From NCBI RefSeq assembly GCF_037042905.1, contig NC_087252.1, positions 14,013,872-14,077,871 of the forward strand: a stretch of DNA of 64,000 bases, read 5' to 3'. Below, piece by piece: positions 11,301-22,835 of the stretch. Origin of the DNA: Lytechinus pictus (lineage: Eukaryota). Position numbers and translations under genes: made by a program. The notes under the pieces were generated by a model, which was not told the origin of the DNA, made no database searches, and was given only the letters and a program-made list of their open reading frames with translations. Each line of letters opens with the position of its first letter. Within the stretch, counting starts at the first letter, position 1.

Positions 11301-13021
11301 TTTTTTTATTTAAACAAGGAGACTGGCATAGGTGGGAGTTATGAGTTAAAGATCTGCATGTGGTATTTGTTATGCTAGAACCATAGACTTAGAGCCATGC
11401 AATAACAATTGTCCTTTTTAGGCTGATGTAATGATGAATCCCGAATACTTCGAGGCATGGAGAGCTAAATATAATGATCTTTTGTCAATTTTTTTTAAAG
11501 TAGATTTCCTTTATTCAATCATTAAATGTATAACACCATACTTGCCAATTACTAAAATGTCAGTGAAGTTGTGGATAAGTATCCCTAAGTAGTTTGAAAC
11601 ACGGCATATATATCTTCCATGGTCTCGAACCTCAACTCTCTTGATCGTTAGAGAATAATCAGTACCGATGTCACATGACTTGTCATAAACGCATGACCCG
11701 GATTGGGGTTCCCCTTCCACCCACGTGATCAGGTTGGGAGAGGTCGTTGGGTCGTCTCCCTTCTTCCAGTAAACCGCGATTGGCGCTCCATAGAACTGGC
11801 ATCGTAGAACAGCCTCTTCCCCTTTCTGCACCGTCCTTTGCAAATCGGTATAGACCACCCCGCCTGGCACCTGTCCATCGGTAACTGAATTAAACATTGA
11901 TATAACTAATAATTTATTTTCGATAAATCCTGAAAAAAACTGGAGAGAAAAAATGGTCAAGCAAGTCAGCTTTCGTTTATCTGGGAAAAAAACTCGTGTG
12001 TAATATAAGTTGCATGTACTTGCGCTCATCTTCAAAGATTGATTGTCACTTGTAGTGCTCATATCAACAACCTTAATGAAAACAAATTAGTTTTGAAAGG
12101 AAACCACTTCCGGGTTGTGTTTCAAGATCACGATTAAGTATGTCTCTGACAGGGATGTTTATTCTTTAGAGCACAATTTCCCCGTATCCTCCGCTCCAGT
12201 TGAGGGGTCTACGGGGCAAAATTTATTAAGAATCACGACCGAGTGATTTTTCGGTCGTTTTAAACTGGAAATTCAATTCTGATAACCTAATGGTTAAAAT
12301 AGTGTCATATCTTACCAATTTCTTATTCGTTTCTTACTTTTTCTCATTTTCGATTCCTTCTATCATAATCCTCACTCTCCCCCCCTTCCCTATCTATTTA
12401 TTTCTCTCCTCCCCGCCCCCCCCCCCTCCCTCATGCTCGATCCCCGTGCATTGCTGTTCATCCCTCTGCGTTAAACTTGTACCTGTATCTTTCGCTCTAT
12501 ACTCCACTCTTTTTAGTATTCTGCAGGACCGCCCCCTCCCCCACCCTCCAAAAAAAAAAGGAATGGAAATGAGTAGAAATGCCATCTAGCGGATTGTTGT
12601 GTTGAAATTTATCACAAAATTTGATTTTCACTAGAAGAAATAAAAAATTTGCTGGCTCAATTCTCTCCCTTCCGACTTCTAAAACTGGAAGCCATATAAT
12701 TATATAACCCATATTGTGCCGCTCAAGATGTTTGGCTCATGGCGGTTGGCCAGGCCAGGGTAGGGATGATTTTTTTTTTTTTTTGGGGGGGGGGTTGGTT
12801 GGGTTTTGCATGTTAGATCGATCGCCTGGCTTTATCTCTAATCATCGATTCAAACAGTACACTGCTTTGCATTCGTTGTATAAAATGTGCAAATTACGTA
12901 AAAGAATGAAATTGGTCAATGGGATATATTATTTAGATAATGAAATTGTGATACTTTACTCACCTGAACAAGTGGAAATGATCAGAAAATTCACGCTGAC
13001 AAAAATCAGATACATATTCAT
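1940..13021 (-). CDS. Ig-superfamily type I membrane receptor with four tandem cytoplasmic death-fold-like domains (9 exons found, 3' end not found)
   Basis: Hand-built exons in transcript order: 13021-12964, 11884-11546, 11225-10824, 10384-10295, 9648-9604, 8912-8658, 7276-7004, 6399-6130, 2143-1940. All introns are phase 1 and all internal exon lengths are multiples of 3, giving 645 codons with no stop. Architecture: signal peptide, IgV, IgC, TM, linker, 4 death-like domains. Confidence 0.85.
2752..2990. mobile_element. CACTA/EnSpm-like MITE
   Basis: TIRs CACAGCAAAAACTGTGGTGTTAA / TTAACACCACAGTTTTTACAGTG, 2-bp TSD TG. Confidence 0.75.
4602..5080. mobile_element. Non-autonomous DNA transposon with CCCGGG-polyG ends, copy A
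   Basis: Flanked by direct repeat GTTTGCCC. Similar to 7566-8083 in the opposite orientation. Nested in an older palindromic MITE (about 4360-5148) that also holds a Harbinger-like MITE (4393-4537). Confidence 0.85.
6130..6399 (-). CDS. Receptor exon 8: death-fold-like domain 3 (most canonical)
   Basis: VKRLSDSFGI...GLILDWIRKE...RRLNGAICAAGREDV. Acceptor ttattatcag, donor AAG|GTATAA, 270 nt. Confidence 0.8.
7004..7276 (-). CDS. Receptor exon 7: death-fold-like domain 2
   Basis: LSEDEFQHILWHIG...AVAVLTEWEG...MSLALEKV. Acceptor cttcttccatag, donor G|GTATAA, 273 nt. Confidence 0.75.
7566..8083. mobile_element. Non-autonomous DNA transposon with CCCGGG-polyG ends, copy B (inverted relative to A)
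   Basis: Flanked by direct repeat GAATGTTA(CC); reverse complement of 4602-5080. Confidence 0.85.
8265..8317. repeat. (TA)n microsatellite
   Basis: Directly visible. Confidence 0.95.
8658..8912 (-). CDS. Receptor exon 6: death-fold-like domain 1
   Basis: ...LRNLGVPD...YDVFCKWKD...DLRRALSAAGL fits the LG...W...LxxAL pattern. Donor G|GTAAGC; the acceptor is a less common AAG. Confidence 0.7.
9604..9648 (-). CDS. Receptor exon 5: juxtamembrane linker DDVEKGDKDPLPIIQ
   Basis: 45-nt phase 1-1 exon, acceptor tttccctattag, donor AAG|GTAACA. Confidence 0.65.
10295..10384 (-). CDS. Receptor exon 4: transmembrane helix
   Basis: VAPVSSLLSLVVVVIVIVKCLHWRRTLIIK is a hydrophobic run followed by basic stop-transfer residues. 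Acceptor ctttttcag, donor AAG|GCAAGT. Confidence 0.8.
10824..11225 (-). CDS. Receptor exon 3: C1/C2-like Ig domain plus stalk
   Basis: IKCSVNGYFPTVDLFF...NDDGTKN...YICVV. Acceptor cttttcatag, donor G|GTAGGG, 402 nt. Confidence 0.85.
11546..11884 (-). CDS. Receptor exon 2: V-type Ig domain
   Basis: AVLRCQF...VYWKK...YSLTIKRVEVRDHGRYICRV shows the Cys-Trp-DxGxYxC V-set signature. Acceptor taattcag; probable GC donor G|GCAAGT. Confidence 0.9.
12964..13021 (-). CDS. Receptor exon 1: signal peptide MNMYLIFVSVNFLIISTCS
   Basis: ATG at 13021-13019, 19-aa hydrophobic leader, strong donor G|GTGAGT in phase 1, matching the next exon. Confidence 0.8.
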
Positions 13022-13406
13022 GATCTCATTCTGCGATGTGCATTACGTATAAAGTTTAGCTGTAGTGAAACAGTGTTCGTTAACGAAACTATGCCAGTTT
13101 CTATTGATGACATACGATGGAAAGCTATACATCATGTGACGAATGTATAAAAACCCAAGAGGAAGTGGTTTGCTATATGTATATGCTGTACACAAACTTT
13201 CACTTTGGAGTATTGTGCAAGCGGTGACCTCCATAGGTCAAGCGATCGTCAGTTGCCATGGAAATTCCTGATCAGAAGAATCCCCATAACATTATTTTTA
13301 CACTCTCTTTTGAGCTTTTTTAGGGTTCAGGATATGACAATTGAATGTAAAGGGTAGGTAATGTAAGAATGTGCTGAGGGCCCAGTCATGCTCAATATAT
13401 TGTGTT

Positions 13407-13557
13407 CAGGGGCCCGTTGCAGAAAGAGTTGCGATGAAACGCAACTCAGAAAATCTTGCGCAACTTGATTTTCAGCCAATGAGGCACCCGTATTCGGGAT
13501 TTGCCCATGATATTTTGACTTGCGTTTAAACGCAACTCTTTCTGCAACGGGCCCCTG
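13407..13557. mobile_element. Harbinger-like MITE (related copies near 5700-5825 and 25241-25391)
   Basis: TIR GGGCCCGTTGCAGAAAGAGTTGCG with CWG flanks. Confidence 0.8.
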
Positions 13558-13912
13558 AACGACTATAAATGTTTATACTATATAAGATTGCTCAATCTAA
13601 AGATTGTTTGTATCGTCACAGTTGGCATTCTTTGTCTGATATACTAAGTAAAGGCGTATGAGAGCGTTTGAAAACACGTTTGACAGTAGTTAGCTACTAA
13701 AATATTTAAAACGGGAGAGGTCGTGTCCCATACTTTTACAGAAACATTTTTTATCTTGATTTCTATTTGGATTGAAATCATTGTCAGGCATGGATTTAAT
13801 TTAAAAATTATAATTTTTTATTTTCTCATAATTATAGTCTTTTGATAAAAATAATATGAAACATTAAGTGTTTGAAGTTTGCACGAAATTCTGATATTCA
13901 CTCTGATATTAA

Positions 13913-14682
13913 AGGGATGGTCCGGGCTGAAAGTATTTATAGCTTATTTAATAGAGTAGAATTCACTGAGCAAAATTCCGAAAATTTCATCAAAATTCAA
14001 TTCAATTCAATTCTTTTCAATTCTTTTATTTCATTTCCATTCAAAACATAATACAAAGTAATATAAAGTAATACAAATCAAGTACAATTTTACAGAAGGG
14101 CATTCTTACTTCGTAAAAAAACCCAGAAAAAAACAGTATAATATAGAGCATAAATGGAAATGAGGGGGATCCACTAAAAAAAAATCGGATAACAAATAAC
14201 AAAGTTATTGAATTTTAAAGTTTAGCAATATTTTGTGAAAACAGTCGTCATGAATATTCATTAGGTGGGCTGATGATGTCACATCTCCACTTGTTGTTTT
14301 GTATTTTATTATACGAAATTAGGTTTATTCAAATTTTTCCTCCAAGAACTAGAAAAATTGGATTGACAACTGATTTAGTGCAGTAGATATTCATTGCTGC
14401 AACTTATTTCATTAGAAGGGAGACATATTATTCACTCAAGTATGAAATAATGAAAAAAATATTATTTTATGTAATAACATAGGAAAACGGAAAGTGGAGA
14501 TGTGACATCATCAGCCCACCTAATGAATATTAATGACGACTGTTTTACCAAAATATTGCTAAACTTTATACTTCAATAACTTTATTATTTGTTATCCGAT
14601 TTTGATGAAATTTTTGGCATTTTGCTCAGTGAATTCTACTCTATGTATTAAGATATAAATATTTTCAGCCCGGACCATCCCT
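13913..14682. mobile_element. Kolobok-like non-autonomous element with an internal insertion (about 13995-14180)
   Basis: TTAA TSD, termini AGGGATGGTCCGGGCTGAAA / TTTCAGCCCGGACCATCCCT, long inverted arms. Partial copy at about 19132-19540. Confidence 0.8.
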
Positions 14683-15625
14683 TTAAGGTTCTAAGACGAG
14701 AATTGTATTGTTGTTTCATGTAACGCTCAAACATACCAAAACAGCAAAAGTGTAGCGGTGAAGTAACCAGTTTCTGGTGTATCTGGATTCCTTCCACTGA
14801 TTCGTTGTGAAAATGTTGTTTTCATATTAGAAAAGAAAATATCTAGCGTCTTCTCACGGTTTTTTATTTCACTATTATTAAAAGATGTCTCTCGCGCACC
14901 AATTTTACAAATCAAGTGATTTCATATCAGAAAGATTTTGCCTTTCAGCAAAAATGTCCTAAATTTGTCCGTATATTAAATCGTTTAAGAATTTTTTAAG
15001 GATGAAATAAAAAGAGTATAAATAAGTGAATGAAAAATTATGAAATAAATATGAAAACAACATGAACTAAGCAATAAAAAAGATATTTTGTATTTTCATT
15101 GCGATCGGGTGCGAGAGCAAAATATTTGTTTGTGAAAATGCGATTATTGAAATACGTATTTATTGGACATTACCCACACCATAACTGTTTCAAAGGGGGA
15201 CGACGTGACTAACAATTTCGTCTCTCATTGACTGTGTGTTGTAAATAATCAGTCTTGAAATATACATTTTGAGATAACCGTCAATAATAGACAGAATGAA
15301 TTGGCTTATTATTTTTTAGTACAGAGAAACTGATGTGTTTTGAGAGGAAAGTCCTTGTTTTGCTACTTGGTGGCATAATTAGTGTGGTTTGAGTGTATTC
15401 AAAGGTGTATAATTAGTGTATTATCATACTCGTGATATTACAAGATTACACTCCTTATTATACTGGCCAGATGTGAGTATATGAGGACTTGAGGCGTCGT
15501 ACTTAAGGTGGCTGGGTCGTTTCTACTTTAAGAATAGAGACATTTTTAAACTGAAATTATGAAACAGACTTTGCCAAATTTACACTTTGGGAATTACCCA
15601 AAATTTAATGAGTCGCCAACTGGCA

Positions 15626-17094
15626 TTTAAGAAGAAGATTTTTTTTTTTTTTTTGTAAATGAATTTGTTTTTGCTGTTTTGGTGCTTTTATTGATTTTAT
15701 GTTATTGAAATATACCTGACGTCAGGCGCGTAGCCAGGGGGGGGGGGGGCGGTGGGGGCGGTCGCCCCCCCCCCCCAAACGTCCCCAAAAAGAAAAAAAA
15801 AGGAAAAAAGAGAGGAGAAAAGGAAAAGCGAAGGGAAGAAAGGGAAGAAAGGTATAGCTTTGTGGGTTTTTCCTTTTATTCTTTAATTTTTTTTTCCAAA
15901 AAGAGAAACTCCTTTACTCTTGCTCTAAATTTATATATATGAATTTTGCTTCAGCGCTGCGCGCGGGTAAATGACAATATTGCAGTTCTCAGTTTCCCTC
16001 ACCCTTTCTCTAACCCTGTTTTTCCACCTCAGCTATACGTGTTTCTTGCCAGTTCAAGTTCAAATGTATACATGAGGGCATGGAATTAAGGTAAAGTCAA
16101 AGACATTATTCATCATCCTTTTTATATAATTTCAATAAATCACAAAATTTTTAACTTTTTGAGCGGTATTTAAGAAGAAGATTTTTTTTTTTTTTTGTAA
16201 ATGAATTTGTTTTTGCTGTTTTGGTGCTTTTATTGATTTTATGTTATTGAAATATACCTGACGTCAGGCGCGTAGCCAGGGGGGGGGGGGGGCGGTGGGG
16301 GCGGTCGCCCCCCCCCCCCCAAACGTCCCCAAAAAGAAAAAAAAAAGGAAAAAAGAGAGGAGAAAAGGAAAAGCGAAGGGAAGAAAGGGAAGAAAGGTAT
16401 AGCTTTGTGGGTTTTTCCTTTTATTCTTTAATTTTTTTTTCCAAAAAGAGAAACTCCTTTACTCTTGCTCTAAATTTATATATATGAATTTTGCTTCCGC
16501 GCTGCGCGCGGGTAAATGACAATATTGCAGTTCTCCTCAGTTTCCCTCACCCTTTCTCTAACCCTGTTTTTCCACCTCAGCTATACGTGTTTCTTGCCAG
16601 TTCAAGTTCAAATGTATACATGAGGGCATGGAATTAAGGTAAGGTTAGGCCGAAGTGTATGAAGTTATTTTTTTTTTTCAAATTGATCGCGCAACTTCTG
16701 GTCGGGTCAACTCCGGGCGGGTCAAATCTTTATATCAACTTCTGCCGTCACCTCCACTAGGCAACTTCTCCCGCTTTTCAGCTCATTACTTAACAACCAT
16801 AATTTGGGGGCAAACGGGTTTCTAATTAAAAAAAAAGAAGGTATAAAATTCGTGTCGTATCAAATAAAAAAGTACAAGATATTTTTTTAAATCAAATTCT
16901 AGCAATTTTCATGTCATTTCCCTGCACATTCATCTCCTGTCCTATTTTGCGCCCTCAGTTTGAAATTTTGAATGATACTTGAGTTTCTTTATCGTTCAAA
17001 ATGAAGCGCTTCAAGATTAGTCAAAGACATTATTCATCATCCTTTTTATATAATTTCAATAAATCACAAAATTTTTAACTTTTTGAGCGGTATT
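15626..17094. repeat. Near-identical tandem duplication (15626-16167 vs 16168-17094; first copy internally deleted)
   Basis: About 470 bp repeated almost verbatim, plus a shared roughly 75-bp tail AGTCAAAGACATT...GAGCGGTATTT. Confidence 0.9.
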
Positions 17095-20000
17095 TTCCTT
17101 GTAATGAAGTTCAATAATCTTAGAAAATCATGATTGAATTAGAGCCGATGGGTATAGAGATATCTGCATGTAATGAAACGTCCGACCTTTAAAATTTCAG
17201 AGTTTCATTGCTCTGCGCGGGGAAGAATATCTTCCTCCCGGCATATCTTCTTCTCCTCTGTTTTGCGAGTTAAAGGTATGCACTGTGGCTAAATTGTAAT
17301 CAAATCTGATCTTTCCGAGGGAAGCATTCAATATGACTTAGAGAATACCCTTTTCTCGGGACCCTTTTCTTTGCCAAAAAATTATAAAATGCATTAGCTT
17401 TCGCGCTTCGCGCGGGGTAATTATTATTATAATTTTCTCCATTTTATCCCTTTTTGTGCGTTTACAATCACTTTTGAAAACAAGGTTCAAAATCAAACAC
17501 CTTGGAAGGTGTTCCCAGGGGTATATAAATGGTTTGCACTATTTATATAAATAACTATAATAATAAAAAAGAACAAAGTTCAACATAGGGCCTAGATTTT
17601 CTCAGAGTGTAAACATTTTGTAACCAGTGCGTCATCAGGCAGGAGGAATGATAGTATCCTGCTGCTAAGCAGTTGAACATTATTTTGTTTGTTTGTTTGT
17701 CTGTTTGTTTTGGGGTGTTTTTTTGTTTTGTTTATTTCCATCCATATGCCATCGATCGATTAGGTAAAATGAAGTAGTTTTTTTCCTTCTTTTTTTTTAA
17801 GTTTTAATCATCCAGTTGTCACGAATGAAACACAGAAGAAAATAAGGGCGAGCGGAAGACCTGCCTGCCAGGGGAACTAGTGCACCCCGCATTATACCCA
17901 CCCACACATTTTCCAAGGTATCAAGATTTCATTTAAAAGTAGGCCTACATATCCATACATCCATATCAATTAACATAATAAATCAAACAAGAAGGATCGA
18001 AACCTCTTATCATATTTTATACATAATACGAGAACAGAAACATACGCACACGCACGTACAACCACACTCAGGCGCGGAACCAGGGGGCACGAAATACCCT
18101 TAATTTCTGGTTGAAACTCCTTTTTTTTGGCTTGTCAAATTATTTTGGGTACAAAATATCCTTTATTTGTAGTTCAAGACCCTTTTTTTTTCTTTGAAAA
18201 ATTCCCCCCCCCCCCCCCCCCCCGTTTGGAAAATCCTGGATCCGCTCCTAACCACACTCCTCCCCCAACGAACACGCACGCTCTCAAGATAGCTTGTATT
18301 AATAAAGCTACACTTCTATCACATGAAACCCTGTTAATGTACAGGCAACTCCATTAGTGTAGGTCTTTCAGTTCGGATACAACATAAACTGTTGTTCCGA
18401 TGGCCATTAAACGGTGCCCATCTTTTTAGCCACCAAAGTACAGATTACAATTAAGAAATTTTAATTTCAAAGTATCATCTTGCCACTGACTAATACCCTT
18501 CATAAGATTCGCGATTGTACACCAATCATGATGAATAGAATATAATGCTGGAGTTAACGATTGCCATGAGAAAAGGGGAAATAGAAAGAACAAGCATTGG
18601 CAGCAAACGGCTATAATAATTAACTCATTGCCTAAACGGTGATTAACACAATAAGAACACACTGCGCAATAACCTTTTTTATTAGATACTATTTTGGAGT
18701 CGGACATCTTTCTAATATTGTCAGTTTGGGGCATCATTCATTCACTCAACGCTCTAAATCTTTCTATTTTTGTGTGTGATTCATTCTATTTTTTTGTGTG
18801 ATTCAGAATAGAAAATAGATAAACGGCGCTCTATTTTAATTCCTATTACGGTATAATTTGATAATCGTGTCTTAAAAGGAAAATACTCTTAAAGTGTTTC
18901 AAAATTGATTATAAGCGCCTTAACATACTAACTTGGGTTTATCAGTTATTTGCATCAAATCGGTTTATGGAATCCCCTGTGTCGCTCTCGCTCTCTTGGA
19001 CACGTCAGGCAGTCAGCAAACTTTTATCCTCCCTTATTTCCATTCAAGAGAGAACACTTTTTAAAGATTTTGTGTCAGGCTTGGACTTGTATTTTCGTTT
19101 GAATTTGTACTCCGGGTTGAAAAGAATTAAAGGGATGCTCCAGGCTGAAAAACAATTCTAGGCATGTCTTCATGAATATTCATTAGGTGGGCTGATGATG
19201 TCATATCCCCACTTGTTCTTTTGTATTTTATTATATGAAAATAGGTTTATTCAAAATATTTCTACCAAGAACTAAAATAATTGGATTGACAACTGATTAA
19301 GTGCATTAGTTATTTATTGCCGCAACTTATTTCACCATAATGGAGACACAACATTTACACATTAAAAAATGAAAGAATTGTGATTTTATGTAAAAACATA
19401 GGAAAAAGGAAAGTGGGGATGTGACATCATCAGCCCACTTAATGAATATTCATGAAGACATGCCTAGAACTGTTTCACCGGAATGTTAAAAATGCAAATC
19501 TTCAATAACTTTGTTATTTGTTATCCGATTCTGAAAAGTCTGATAACAGATAATGGAGTTATGAACTATACATTTCAGCAATATTATGCGAAAACGGTTA
19601 TATGCACGCCATCATAAATATGCAATGGGTTAATTATGTCGTGTCCGCATTTTTCTCTTTCTGATGTTGTTACTTGAAATCCTAATTATTTCATACTTTT
19701 ATACGCGTGGGTATGGTATGTCTCCCTTGTAACAAAATAAGATGACGTCTTCAGCTTGCTCATGGTATATATACATGAAGACGTGTATGTCATGCATCAT
19801 GTACATATAACTGCTTTCACAGAAATATTGCAAAGCTTTAAAATATCTTAACTTTTTTTTTTTATTATTTCATTTCATTTTATTTTATACAACACATGGA
19901 TATATCCTTGACAGCTGATTGGATGAAAGCGTGTCACATGACATTCAGAGGAATCAGCTATAGCACGCTAAGATATGCTAGCCGTGCTATAGTCGACTAT

Positions 20001-21053
20001 TGCACGCTCGTGCTATAGTCGACTATAGCACACTTAAGTAAATGAGCCAGCACTGCCAGATCCCTGGGCACACTGAACCCATTGACATGCCCCGTACACG
20101 TTAAGTGAATTAGCGGTATACGCGCGTAATCACGTTTTTGTATATCTCTGACCGATGTACGTAGCACTGCGCATACACGTTGCTAAGCTGAACACAATGC
20201 GCGTACGTACGTTGCTAAGCAAATTATTCCCAGGGTACGGCTGCGTACCTTCTGGGTTTCCTTCTGGGTTTTATGGAATTCATTCACAAATTAGACTTCA
20301 TGGATCTATGACTTTATGGATCTATGTTGAAAGTACTTGACTCTCCTGGGATTACTGGAGTAAATCTACTCGACGCTCAAAAGACAACATTGTAAGCAAA
20401 ATAAGACCTAATGCGCGTTAGTCATATACTACACCTATAGATCTAGCTATCGGTGTTGTAAAAAAAAAATATTCAATGTTGTATTCGTGCGACGTTCCGA
20501 ATATTACATTCGTTGCAATTTGATTCAACTCCGCTTCGCGTCGTTGAATAGACTGTTTCAACTTGCACACTCATGCAATATTCGGAACGATCGCACTCAT
20601 CAACATTGAATATTTGTATACTATTCTATTCTACTTTATGTTATTTTTTTCATCATGTTCATTTTATTTCTGTATTCTCGTCAGAAATTTATGCGATTGT
20701 CTTATTCCCAGTCCGATTTTTTTTTTATTCTCGGTGTTTCGTTCGTCAGATTTTACTTTATCTCGCCAAATCATATAATTTTTAGCCTAAAATACATATA
20801 AGTGTACGAGCCTACTGGGATGTGTGCCAGTGTGAAGAGATGGCGCATACCTGTAAAGATTTCACCATTGCAAGTTTTGTTGAAATAGCAATTAAAAAAG
20901 TCATTAGGATGATAATCTCTTTCTGACGCTGAAAGTTTTAGACACCTTATTTTATTGTTTATATAAGCTATTATCTAGAAGTACCCGAGGTGTCCATGAT
21001 ATACAAGCCTAGCTTCTAAGTGGGCCTCTCCGTTTCCAGCTTAACATTGCTAT

Positions 21054-21316
<263 letters not shown>

Positions 21317-21790
21317 TTGCATTGAGTACAAATAATCAGTTTCAAAGTTATGATTTATAAGTGTAATTGTATATTGCATGCATTGTTTTACTTTAATTGT
21401 TAAATTTCTCGATATCTATATGAACTGTTTATTTTGCTGAAAATATGAGAAAAATTAAAACTGAAACGTCTAATTTCAACAGAAAGGCAAAACGATATTT
21501 ATTCGCCCAATCCCATTCCCAAGATATTTACAGGTGAGGCAACAAGAACGAAAACCTCTTCGGATCAAAATGTCCTCAACCATTTCTTCCGTAACAGCAC
21601 AAACTTCAGCGTGAAATTACAAATTGTTTGTGGCGTGAACTCCTATTTCATCCGCATGAGACCTTGCTCGTTATACTTTCGGTACATACTAAGGACAATA
21701 ATAAGAGGTTTGTTGCCTGTGGTTTGCTCTTGACAAAAGGAAGATAATCGGGTTTTGGCGATAAGTATATAGCAAGCAATTGATGGCTTA

Positions 21791-21952
21791 TACCTTGGTC
21801 ACATTTGCTCTACGGCAGCCGTACGGCGGGTTGGAAACGGCCGTTTTAACATGTTTTGTACCAGCTGCATATAGGTGGTTTGTATTAAAATTAATAAAAC
21901 GGCTGTTTTTGACTCGCCTTACGGCCGCCGTAGAGCAAATGTGACCATGGTA
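21791..21952. mobile_element. Tourist/Harbinger-like MITE
   Basis: TIR TACCTTGGTCACATTTGCTCTACGGC, TSD TTA. Confidence 0.85.
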
Positions 21953-22713
21953 TTAGACTGGCACTCCGTCGCGCCTTAAATGAACTCTTAATAGCGAAAG
22001 TGTTGAATGGTACGAATTGTCAATATAAATACAACAGAAAAGACATTGTATATTTTCTATACCTGTGTGCCGAAATGCAGTTAAAACAGCGAGAATTGAT
22101 GCATTAGCATTATTTTTTCGTCATTACCACCAATGTAATTAGGAGTCGATGCGTTATCAATTTGTACACTGTGCAGTAGTTCAATTTATTTAACATGATA
22201 GTATTGAATGTTGCATTAGATATAAGCTTCATTCGGGATACGAAAACTGAGAATCCCTATGCGGTGCAGTGTTAATCAAAGGCCACTTCAACGACCTGAC
22301 AGTGGATTGTGCATTCAGTTGGGACCCAATTGTATTTGGATATCTACGTGAAAACATCATTTTGTGTTTGTTTGTCTCTGTTATTACCATATCTGGTGGG
22401 AGGTTCTCGTCGAAAGCACAATGATTAGCCATGCATGTATGTATTCCTTTCATGTATGAATCTTCTTAAACAATAGATTCGACGTCACCAGAAATGTTAT
22501 AAGTTTGCCTTTCACAGTCGACAGACTACTGTGTGTTGGGCTTTTGTGCAAGTGATAATTAAGACCTGGATCGTGAGCGGCCTCTCACTCAACATCGATC
22601 GCCTAGAAGCTCTAAAAGACTCATCTATTGCAGGTCTATTTGCGTAGGCATCCGAAAGCAAACAGAAGCTGTAGTATTACAAGGGTCCGCTATCAAAGAA
22701 ATAATCCTGCAAC

Positions 22714-22720
22714 TATAAAT
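22714..22720 (+). promoter_or_regulatory. Candidate TATA box of the SLC5 gene
   Basis: TATAAAT about 120 bp upstream of the ATG at 22836; motif match only. Confidence 0.35.
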
Positions 22721-22835
22721 GCTTGCTTCACGTCGAGATCTGGGAGAATAGATAGTGATATTTTATGAAGAGAGGTGAAATTGCAGTGACTGTCAGCGCC
22801 TTGTACAGCTTCGATATACAGACCTAAGTCCAGAA

